From: Chloropicon primus
Taxonomy: Eukaryota
Direction of reading: 5' to 3'
NCBI GenBank assembly: GCA_023205875.1
Contig: CP060754.1
Location: 744,001 to 808,000, forward strand
DNA: 64,000 nucleotides
Below, piece after piece: positions 46,078 through 54,604 of this stretch (position 1 is its first letter; each line of letters starts with the position of its first letter). A program made the translations under genes and the position numbers. The notes under the pieces are model-generated. The model had not been told where the DNA came from and did no database searches. It saw nothing but the letters and a program-made list of their open reading frames with translations.

Positions 46078-48081
46078 ATGGGAGGAGTTGGGCTTGCGCT
46101 GGCGTGGGCCGTGTCGTGGGTAGCGGTGTGCAGTGGGCTCGATCCCGGGGATCCCGCGCCCCACTTTTCAGTACGGACGACGCGAGGGGTGTTCTCCTAC
46201 GACGGACCCTTGGGGGCTCCCATCATCGTGTACGCTTATTTCGACAAGTTGGATGGGTACTCGGAGGCACTTTTCAGCTCTTCGAGTAGCGTGGAACGTT
46301 TCCTCTCCCTCGACTCGGAGCCTGCGGAGTACCTCTTTTTGTGCGGGGACTGCGAGACGGCCTCGGAGGCCTCACGAGTGGCTCAATTGATGGAGAGTGC
46401 TTTCCATGAGGGGGGGGGACTTTCAGAGGGGGGAGGATCCTGGGGGGATAGGCTTCACTTTGCGGTCGAGTCTCACATCGTGATCACGAATCTCCTGGCA
46501 GACTGGAACTCGACGAGAAGCCTCGTTCGAGTCGAGGATGACGAGTCAGGGGAAACGGCCACGCTGAAGAGGATAGATGGGCACTTCGGGTGGCTGCCTC
46601 ACGTCCCATCTGACGGTACCTCATTTACGGCCGAGCACGCTCGGAGCAGCCTTTGCCACAAGCCCTCAGCGGGTCTCCAGTCACCAGACAAGGCGGAAGC
46701 GCTGATCATCCCGTGGGCAAACGAGTGCAGCTTTGCGACCATCCTCGGGAACGCGCAGGACCTGGGAGCAAAACTCGCGGTGCTCTACCCTCGCGATCCG
46801 ACAAAACCTCTGGAAGAAGTATCATGCTCGGGCGAAGAGTGCGACATCGCCGTGTCGATTCCGGCAATGATGATCCCGTGGACGAGGAGCCTGGAGCAGC
46901 ACGGCGGACGATTGACTCTCACGTTCGACCAGGAGAGAGCGCCTGGGCGGTCCTTCGCAATCTCCTCGACCGGGATGCTTGCGGAGGTTGGCTGGCCGGT
47001 GTGGCCGTGGCTTGCTTCGTTGGGCTGGGCCGCGCAGTACCAGCTGTACGAGAGTCGCTTGGCTCAGTCCGTCAGCGAAGGCGATGTCGTGGAAATTCCT
47101 ATCTTCAAAGGCAACGAAACGTTGGACGGAGACTTGGAGGCCAGCATTCTCTTGCCCTCAAACCTTTTGCAGGGCGACCAGCTTGGTCTTGACTTGACGC
47201 TCTGGTGCACAGGCTCTCGGGATTGGGAATGCCCCGAGTGGGATCACGTTATTCAAGCGTTTGTGTGCTGCTCGAGACCTTGCCAAGCCTGTCCTTCGCT
47301 CATCTGGAGCGAGCACAACACGACGGGGACCGAGGTAGCCAAAGCGAAGGACTGCGGCCCTGAGATTGGACGATGGATGACTCCCTTTCGTCGTCGGGGG
47401 GGCAGGTGGTTCACCGACATCACGAACCTGAAGGGGGCGTTCAGTGCCGGGGAGTGCAGAGTGACGATGCAGACGGTAACGTGGGCCTCCAGCGGCTCGC
47501 ACGCCTGGCGACCACAGCTGTCTTTGAGGATCAGGTCCGAACAAGGCAGAGAGGGCGGGGACAGGGAGGCGTCGCTGAAGGAGACCTTGACGCCCCTTTT
47601 TGGAACAAAACAATTCGACAAGAACTACAACAAGAGGAGCCCCTTCCATTTCACGAGTCCCGTGAATCTCGTGTCTGCGCACATCAGGGCTCTGATTACA
47701 GGCCATGGGAGCGACGAGAATCAATGCGCGGAGTTTTGCGCGGGAATCGAACTCTTCTTCATCGTGAATGGCCAGAAATTCACCAAAGAGTTTTCCCTCG
47801 CCGGCACGCAGCTGGGGTGCACTGAACAGGTAGCGAATGGGAGCCTGCCTAACGAGCATGGCACTTGGTTCTACGGTCGAAACGGTTGGTGTGATGGTCA
47901 AGACGTAGCCCCTTGGATTCTGGACATCACGAGCGTGCTCATGCCTTCCGGAGAGAACAACACCATCGAGTATGTTGGCCTGTACCAGGGAGCGGATCCG
48001 AACCCTCAGTCATCTCCCGGGCAAATTTTGATGTCGTCGCAACTGGTCCTCGAAACCATAAGCGAGCGGCCGCACCGATAG
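46078..48081 (+). CDS. Secreted PNGase F-type N-glycanase-like protein with PA domain
   Basis: Signal peptide; PA-like CSFATILGNAQDLGAKLAVLY; CPEWDH, EIGRWMTPF, ITGHG..CAEFC, GTWFYGRNGWCDG. Confidence 0.8.
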   Translation: MGGVGLALAWAVSWVAVCSGLDPGDPAPHFSVRTTRGVFSYDGPLGAPIIVYAYFDKLDGYSEALFSSSSSVERFLSLDSEPAEYLFLCGDCETASEASRVAQLMESAFHEGGGLSEGGGSWGDRLHFAVESHIVITNLLADWNSTRSLVRVEDDESGETATLKRIDGHFGWLPHVPSDGTSFTAEHARSSLCHKPSAGLQSPDKAEALIIPWANECSFATILGNAQDLGAKLAVLYPRDPTKPLEEVSCSGEECDIAVSIPAMMIPWTRSLEQHGGRLTLTFDQERAPGRSFAISSTGMLAEVGWPVWPWLASLGWAAQYQLYESRLAQSVSEGDVVEIPIFKGNETLDGDLEASILLPSNLLQGDQLGLDLTLWCTGSRDWECPEWDHVIQAFVCCSRPCQACPSLIWSEHNTTGTEVAKAKDCGPEIGRWMTPFRRRGGRWFTDITNLKGAFSAGECRVTMQTVTWASSGSHAWRPQLSLRIRSEQGREGGDREASLKETLTPLFGTKQFDKNYNKRSPFHFTSPVNLVSAHIRALITGHGSDENQCAEFCAGIELFFIVNGQKFTKEFSLAGTQLGCTEQVANGSLPNEHGTWFYGRNGWCDGQDVAPWILDITSVLMPSGENNTIEYVGLYQGADPNPQSSPGQILMSSQLVLETISERPHR

Positions 48082-48150
48082 GCCTCCTGGACTCCCTCCC
48101 CTTGTTCGAGTCATCCCGAACTTCTCCTTCGTGGGACATCACGCCCCCAA
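48082..48150 (+). repeat. Degenerate direct copy of 45916-45981 (HYPK exon 1 and start region)
   Basis: Exact 37-bp core ccttgttcgagtcatcccgaacttctccttcgtggga at 45929-45965 and 48100-48136, with gapped similarity on both sides. Confidence 0.9.
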
Positions 48151-48166
48151 CAACAACAACAACAAC

Positions 48167-48472
48167 ATGACGACGATGAGTTCTCCTTCTCCCTATGCTT
48201 TGGATTTGAGAGAGGCTCTCGAGTCCGGCCTGATGACGGAGGAGGAGTACGCCGAAGCGGTGCAGGAGGCCCAGCGTTATGACAGCAAGTCTCCGGAGAA
48301 GAAGAGAGAGATCGCGGACTACAACGAGGCGTTGCGGGTGATATCTGCAGCGGAGGTATCCCTTATTTTGAGCGACAAGCAGCAATTTGCTGTGAAGAGG
48401 AATGACCTGGAAGCGGTCGGGCTCTGCAAAGTCGTATGGGACTATGATAAGAAATATAAGCTTGTGAATTGA
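48167..48472 (+). CDS. Small hypothetical protein (101 aa) with SHOCT-like segment
   Basis: ATG after a (CAA)n leader; LREALESGLMTEEEY resembles the SHOCT consensus. Confidence 0.55.
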   Translation: MTTMSSPSPYALDLREALESGLMTEEEYAEAVQEAQRYDSKSPEKKREIADYNEALRVISAAEVSLILSDKQQFAVKRNDLEAVGLCKVVWDYDKKYKLVN

Positions 48473-48503
48473 AAAATTGTGTATAAGAAAGAACCATCAT
48501 CAA

Positions 48504-49791
48504 TCAGTCTTCCTGCATCTTGATTCTCTTCGAGGGTCCCTCGCGCGTTCCCAAGATCCCCCTCGACACCTTCTTCCTGCAGGAAAAGGTGTCCTGGGAC
48601 AGGGGGATGTTGTCCCAGGCTATATCCTGGGAGCCGTCTTTGGGGCTGCTCGCGATCTTCCTTCCGCGGGTGATGGACAGGCATTGGAACTCGCTCGCGG
48701 TGTCGTCCTCGTAGCTCTGGGAGTGGTTCATCTTCTCGCTCGCCCACTGGGATGCGTTCGCGTTCTGGGTCACGAGGTCGTTGACGAGCTTCATTGCGTC
48801 TTCGGGCTGGCTGCCCCCAAGTCGCGCGTGGTCGAACACCGTGTCCAGAGAGCTCACATCTTCCTCGGGTACCTGGGAAGGCTCGAGATCGCGAGCCACC
48901 ACCCTTCCACCGCCCTCGTGGTGCTTGACGTTCTCCTTGGCAGGAAGACCACAATCCTCGAGGTCTGACACAGCAGTGGTCTTCGCTTTCATGCCGATGC
49001 ACACGTCCTTTGTCTGACAAGCTCCGAGGCCCATGGAGAAGGGCTTCTGCTCAAAGTGAGGCAGCTTTGGAGCCGCCTCGAAGAAGGGAGGCTCGTAAGA
49101 TTTTGGCGTCCTCGTCTCGTAGTACTCGAGATGCAGAGAGATGTGCTTGGCTTCGGGAAGCGGATCGAAGGAAGTCATCAAGGCCACGAGCAGTCTCGTC
49201 ATCTTTGCCACCTGTCCCTTGAGCTGCCTGGCGTCGTCCGTGGCCAGCGTGTTGACGGGAGACCTCCTTATGGAGTTGAGGATCTGGAGCCTGATCTCGC
49301 CGTCGCCCTCGTACGCGAACGTGAACACGTACTCCTCGATCAGGTCCTTCCCCTCCTTGTCTCGAGTTATGCCAAACCTGAGGCGTTTGAGGTAAGACTT
49401 GTAGATCGCGTCGCAGACGCCCTTCTCCATCCAGTCCACGAGGCGCTGGGAGGTGCTGGAGGAGTGAGGCTTGAGCACCTTGACGTTGAGGTCGTCGAAG
49501 ATGGTCCTGTCGCAAAAGTAGCTCGACGGGAAAAGGTTACGAACGTAAGCGATCTGAAACAGAGATATCCTCAGCAAGTTTCGCGCCATCATGAAGGACT
49601 TTGTCTTCGTGATTGCGGCTTGCCTCTGCTCCTGCTCCACCGCGGGAGCCTGGTGAGCCTTGCGCCTCTGGCTCCACCCGAAACGAAACGAAAAGGCAAA
49701 CAAAGAGAGGGTTGGCAGAGTCAGGCGCGAGAGCGAGACAAGCGATCGGGCGGGCGAGATCGATCGAACCGCGTACCGTAGTCACCGGCAT
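48504..49791 (-). CDS. HOP1: Meiotic HORMA-domain protein (HOP1/ASY1-like); probable micro first exon MPVTT
   Basis: RNLLRISLFQIAYVRNLFP, LVDWMEKGVCDAIYKSYLK, IEEYVFTFAY, TPKSYEPPFF. Confidence 0.88.
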
Positions 49792-50099
49792 GGCTCCCGT
49801 AGTCGCGATCGAGTCCAAAACAAAACGCAGTCGATCGATCGTCGTATCCTAACGTCCCCGTTCCCGAGGTTGTGTTTGCAGGATGTTCCCGTGTCTCACG
49901 CTCTCCCGTAGTCGTCGTCTAATCCCCCACGAATCAGTGCCTGAGTCTTCCGGCCGCCTTCCGGAGTTATTACTCCTCGACCCCTGTCCGCTCCCGCCCC
50001 GCCGCACCCCTTTTGTTCGCCCTCTCCCGATCGATCGTTTTCAGGTAACCGCCCGATCGCTTCGCTTCTCTTCCCGCCGATCGATCTCGATGAAGAGGA

Positions 50100-50190
50100 G
50101 AAGGAGAAAAGAGAAAGAGGAGAAGGAGAAGAGGAGAGAGAAGGAGAAGAGGAGAGAGAAGGAGAAGAGGAGAGAGGAGGAGAGAGAGGC
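50100..50190. repeat. Purine-only tract with 18-bp unit gaaggagaagaggagaga
   Basis: Directly visible tandem units upstream of the mTERF ORF. Confidence 0.8.
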
Positions 50191-51285
50191 ATGGTCCTCT
50201 GGATTGGGGTCGGGGGAAGCGTCTCCTTGCTCCCGGGGGTCCTTTTGTGCCGGCGTGGCGTGGTTGCGGTCGCGAGCGCCTCGCTTGGAGCCCTGCGCTT
50301 GGAGGAGAAGGAGAAGCTCGAGCGAGTGGCCCAGGATGTGACCAAGACGTTGGACCGCGACATTCCGGAGGCGATGCTGCCGCAGCTCAAATACCTCATC
50401 GGCATCGGGGCGAGGGCCGAGGACCTGTCGAAGGTGGCGATCAGGGAGATCTTGCCGCACAAGGGGAGCGACGGGTACAGGAAGATACTGCACAGGCCGG
50501 ACCTCCTCAGGAGCAGGGTGGGTTTCTACCAGGGCGAGTTCGGGGTGAAGGGGGAGTCCATCGGGAAGATGATCGTGCGCTCCGTAAACTCCCTCTTCAT
50601 TCTCCAGGACGCCAAAGTCCAGGACAAGATAAGGTTGCTTTACGGGCTCGGCATGGACAAGCGGGGGGTTTCCAGGCTGCTGGTGAGGTCGCCGAGCTTC
50701 TTCTCCCTGAAGACGGAGACCCTGGAGACCAAGATCGGGTCCCTGAGGCGGGCCCTGTCCGACATCTGCGAGCACGTGGATCAAAACGCGCTGCTGCTGA
50801 AGATACTGGAGCTCCGCCCCCAGGTGTTGTCCAGGAAGTCGGAGAAGGTCACCGACCTCCTGGAGGGCCTCGTGAGCTACGGCTTCGCCAAGGAGGAGGT
50901 GGTTCAGATGATCCTGAAGAATCCGAGCATCCTTGGCTACGACCTGAGGAGCATGGAGGAGAAGCTCAAGGTTCTGGAGGGCAACGCGTTCCAAAAGGAG
51001 CAGGTCATCGCTTTCATGGCTTCGTCCCCGAAACTCTTCGACCTCTCGGTGGAGAACAATTTCAAGCCGACCTTGGGCTTCTTCCTCGGGACAGGTTGGA
51101 CCATCGAAGACCTCTGCCGCTTTCCCCAGGTGCTGAACTACTCCCTGTCCAAAAGAATCAGGCCAAGGCACGACTACATCAGAAGGAAGGAGCCAAACTA
51201 CGAGACCGCGGGGAGATATCAATGGATCGTGCTGTCTGACAGCGACTTTGCCAAGCGGTTCGGGCGTGAGGTGGAGGAGAGGTAA
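50191..51285 (+). CDS. mTERF-family protein (start uncertain)
   Basis: Repeats with RSPSFFS, KNPSILGY, SVENNFKPTLGFF, FPQVLNYSLSKRIRPRH and the terminal SDSDF. Confidence 0.85.
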   Translation: MVLWIGVGGSVSLLPGVLLCRRGVVAVASASLGALRLEEKEKLERVAQDVTKTLDRDIPEAMLPQLKYLIGIGARAEDLSKVAIREILPHKGSDGYRKILHRPDLLRSRVGFYQGEFGVKGESIGKMIVRSVNSLFILQDAKVQDKIRLLYGLGMDKRGVSRLLVRSPSFFSLKTETLETKIGSLRRALSDICEHVDQNALLLKILELRPQVLSRKSEKVTDLLEGLVSYGFAKEEVVQMILKNPSILGYDLRSMEEKLKVLEGNAFQKEQVIAFMASSPKLFDLSVENNFKPTLGFFLGTGWTIEDLCRFPQVLNYSLSKRIRPRHDYIRRKEPNYETAGRYQWIVLSDSDFAKRFGREVEER

Positions 51286-51518
51286 AGGAAAGGTTTCATA
51301 TAAAATATATGTATGTATTGTTTCACACAAAGATTTGTATATCATGTCACGGCCAATCACTGCACCCTTGCATCCCAAGTTGCTGCCCATTTTTTGAATC
51401 GCTAAGGACAGAAGGGGGGACCGAGAGAGAGAGGGAGAGAGAGGGAGCCCGTTCGAAAGAACTGCTGCTTGCTAGAGCGCGTTGCGTTGCCTTTTCCGGA
51501 GGGCCGAGCGAGGGCCAG

Positions 51519-53381
51519 ATGGAGGACGCGGGCTCGAACCTCACGAAAATCATGGAAAACAGGAAAAAGCAGAGGAGAAACTCGATAGCGAACTTGAAGA
51601 AAATCATCAAGGAGGTGCGAGATGAGGTGGACGAACCGACTAGCAAAGCAAAGCGCCGCTCGAGCGAGTCCGCAGCGACCGCTTTGAGGCTCAAGACGTC
51701 CGAGCCCGAGGAAAGTGGCGATCTTGGAGAGCAATCGATACTGGATATGTACGCCATGACACCCAGGCGAGAGTCAGCTGTGTCCAGCTGGACAGCGAAA
51801 GAGGAGTCGGCACCGACTCGAAGGTCAGTCTCTTTCAGCTTCCCTCCCTCGGACGAACCTCGAAAGGAGGAGAGACCTGCGGCGCCGAAGCAGGGAGCTA
51901 CCATGAGCACCAAACCGAGGCCCATCATCAAGGAAAGCGAGGAGAGGCCTGGGGCGCCGAAGCAGGGAGTTGCCATGAGCACCGAACCGAGGCCCGTCAT
52001 CAAGGAAAGCGAGGAGAGGCCTGCGGCGCCGAAGGAAGAGGCCACCACGAGCACCACCAAGCCGAGTCCCATCAAGGAAAACGACGACCAGACAACAATT
52101 TTGAAGAAGTACGCGAGAAAGTCAAGCAAAGTCTTCGAGCTCGGTAAGCAGGTGAACCAACTGCAGCAGGAGCTGAAGAAGGAGAAGGAAAAATCGGTTC
52201 GGATGGAGGACAACTACAACGCTTTGTTCGCACAAAAAGCAGACACTGGGAACGCGGCAAGCAGCAGTGCTGACCAGGCTCAAATATCGGACCTCACCAG
52301 AAGGCTTTCCCTGGCGGAGCAGGAGATCGTGTCCGCCAAGACCGAATACACGAAGCTTCACGGCCTCTACAGCAGAAACCTCGCGGAGCAGAGGAGGAAG
52401 GACGAGGAGGACCCAAGCTCGAGCGACCGGACGGACCTCCGGACCACGCTCGAGTTAGCGAGGGAGGACATCGCACGTCTCCAATCAGAACTAACGATGC
52501 GGAGTTCGGAGCTCGGGAACGCGAGGGAGGAGCTGACGATACTGCGTGAATTCAGGGAAAGCGTTCACATGGACCAGAGCGAGAAGTCGCGGTTGAGGGG
52601 GATGATCCAGAAGAATGCGTCGGATGCCATGGAAAAGGACGCTCAGATGTCCTTCCTGGAGGGGCAGCTCGCAGCATCGAGGAAGGAGAACAAGAAACTG
52701 CGGGAGGACTACGAGAAGGTGGTGAAGAACGAGGTGCACAAGCAGATGACAATCGAGGAGTTGCAGAGAGAGAAGGGGATGCTCACGACGCAGGTCGAGC
52801 AATACAAGGGCAACGAGGAGATGGAAAAGCAGCTGAAGAAGGAGCTCCAGAACCTGGCGGTGGACCTGTCGGCGAAGCACGAGCAGAACAAGCAGATGCT
52901 CCAGCAGATCACGGAGAAGGAGGAGATCTTCCGCGGGAAGCAGGAAGCAAATGGGTCGCTCGAGAGGGAGATCGCGTTGGCCAGGAATGCTCTCAAGCAG
53001 AGCGAGCTGGAGAAGAACAAGGCCCTCCAGAAGATGAAAGTACACCAGCAGGAGGTCCTGATGCTCCGCGAGGAGGTTAGCCAGATGGAAAAGGCCAAGA
53101 AGCAACTCGGTCAGCTCTCCAAGGCGTTCGAAAACCTCCCTGCGTTCTCGACCCTTGCCAAGAAGCATAGAGCGAACAGGCGTCCACCAGCCACCGAGGC
53201 GCAGATTGATCAAAGGTTTTATGGTGGGGCTGCGAAAAATCTGAACACAGTTTTCGGCTCAGAGGGGACTGCTCACACCCCGCCGTTCCTTTCGCCTGGG
53301 ATGACGGGCAGTGCAGCGTATCATCATCCCGGCTTCGCGAACTACTCCGACACGGGCCAGGCGTTCCACCCCCACCCTTAA
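51519..53381 (+). CDS. Coiled-coil protein with internal 24-aa repeats
   Basis: 620-aa ORF with a long heptad region; EERPAAPKQGATMSTKPRPIIKES-type unit repeated about three times. Confidence 0.7.
   Translation: MEDAGSNLTKIMENRKKQRRNSIANLKKIIKEVRDEVDEPTSKAKRRSSESAATALRLKTSEPEESGDLGEQSILDMYAMTPRRESAVSSWTAKEESAPTRRSVSFSFPPSDEPRKEERPAAPKQGATMSTKPRPIIKESEERPGAPKQGVAMSTEPRPVIKESEERPAAPKEEATTSTTKPSPIKENDDQTTILKKYARKSSKVFELGKQVNQLQQELKKEKEKSVRMEDNYNALFAQKADTGNAASSSADQAQISDLTRRLSLAEQEIVSAKTEYTKLHGLYSRNLAEQRRKDEEDPSSSDRTDLRTTLELAREDIARLQSELTMRSSELGNAREELTILREFRESVHMDQSEKSRLRGMIQKNASDAMEKDAQMSFLEGQLAASRKENKKLREDYEKVVKNEVHKQMTIEELQREKGMLTTQVEQYKGNEEMEKQLKKELQNLAVDLSAKHEQNKQMLQQITEKEEIFRGKQEANGSLEREIALARNALKQSELEKNKALQKMKVHQQEVLMLREEVSQMEKAKKQLGQLSKAFENLPAFSTLAKKHRANRRPPATEAQIDQRFYGGAAKNLNTVFGSEGTAHTPPFLSPGMTGSAAYHHPGFANYSDTGQAFHPHP
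51866..52080 (+). repeat. ~72-bp coding minisatellite, about 3 copies
   Basis: gaggagag.cctg.ggcgccgaag...agcacc..accgaggccc.tcatcaaggaaa recurs in tandem. Confidence 0.85.
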
Positions 53382-53426
53382 TATGTGTTACAAGGCCCGG
53401 GGGAGGGGGCTTATTGTCTTTGTTTG

Positions 53427-54344
53427 TTATATCCCTGCAAGTACAGTGTTGGAGTCCGAGACCACCGAAATGATTTTCATGTCATCTAGGCCTGATGCGC
53501 CGCTCACGCAGTTGAACCAGCTGTCAGGGTCCGGGTTTATGATCGCCTGCGTCACCTCCCCCGCCCTCCCGCCGCAGGACTCTTTGAGCACCCTTTGGGC
53601 GTTGCGAAAGTACTCGAGGCTCGCCGATTGCTGGAAGCTGATCCCGATCCAAAGGATGAGGTCCGACTTTGCAATGTCCTCGTCCATCACTTCCATCACG
53701 ACGTCCGGCGTTATGAACTCCGAGTCGCCGTCGTCGTACAGCATGACTTTCGGCCTTATCTCCCCCGAGCATTCCGTGCAGAGCACCTCTTTGCCCTTCC
53801 TAAATGCGTGGCCCTGCTCGAGGGTCATCTGAGACACTCGGCTCCCCCCGCAGGAAAAGTTCGTGCACAAGGTCTCCCGGCAGCTCCCGTGCAGCTCGAC
53901 TGTCTTTCCCGCGCAGCCCTTCTCTCCCGTCCAAGTCGTCGCCCCCTCGACGAAGCGGTGGAGGCCGTCCACGTTCATCGTGTAGTGCCTCACGAGCCTC
54001 TCCTCCACCTCGAGTCGAGCCAGAGCCCGGTGGCTCGACGTCGGCTCAGCCTTCAGGGCTTCGAAGTATATGTCCGACATGATGGCCCGGCACTCCTTGG
54101 GTTTTCGCCGATAGAACGAGTTGCAGAACAGCTTCATCCCGTCCTTCACCTTGAACCTCTTCGTTGCCCTCTCGTAGAGCCCCCCGCGGCTCGTGAAAGT
54201 CGACAGCCCTGCAGCTGCTGACAGACCACTTCCAGAGAAAACGCATATGCGTTCCGCCCTCGAGGCTATCCTCTTGAACTCCTCGATGTCATCCTTCCTC
54301 CTCTGCTCCTTGTCCAGGCTCTTCCTCTTCCTCAGCTCCCTCAT
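53427..54344 (-). CDS. Sirtuin (Sir2-family NAD-dependent deacylase)
   Basis: GSGLSAAAGLSTF, YTMNVDGLH, VELHGS, two Cys pairs, RPKVMLY, IGISFQ. Confidence 0.9.
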   Translation of the reverse strand: MRELRKRKSLDKEQRRKDDIEEFKRIASRAERICVFSGSGLSAAAGLSTFTSRGGLYERATKRFKVKDGMKLFCNSFYRRKPKECRAIMSDIYFEALKAEPTSSHRALARLEVEERLVRHYTMNVDGLHRFVEGATTWTGEKGCAGKTVELHGSCRETLCTNFSCGGSRVSQMTLEQGHAFRKGKEVLCTECSGEIRPKVMLYDDGDSEFITPDVVMEVMDEDIAKSDLILWIGISFQQSASLEYFRNAQRVLKESCGGRAGEVTQAIINPDPDSWFNCVSGASGLDDMKIISVVSDSNTVLAGI

Positions 54345-54604
54345 CTCATCCCGCCCGCAGACAGCTGGCTAATTCAAGCTGCCAGGCCAAAGGTGATGTC
54401 TTGGAGGCGGAGGCGAGACGACACGGTCTCACGTGAAGGGTGGCGATCGTAAGGAAGCAGGAGTCCGTGCAAGATGCGTTCCCGATGGTGCACGAGAGGA
54501 GCTACGAGCTGAGACAGTTTGGTGTGCAACATAGGCGGATAGCAAAGGTGAAGGGCGTCTTTGAACACTTTTTTATAGAAGTTGCTAGCGGAATAAGGAG
54601 AGCC

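Noticed and set aside
45916..48150. LTR element or CRISPR-like array suggested by the direct repeats
   Set aside because: Only two short copies, one of which is HYPK coding sequence; no transposase, reverse transcriptase, spacers or cas genes.
49883..50044. Upstream exon for the mTERF gene (CAG|GTAACC donor)
   Set aside because: I could not find an in-phase acceptor, so the model was left starting at 50191.
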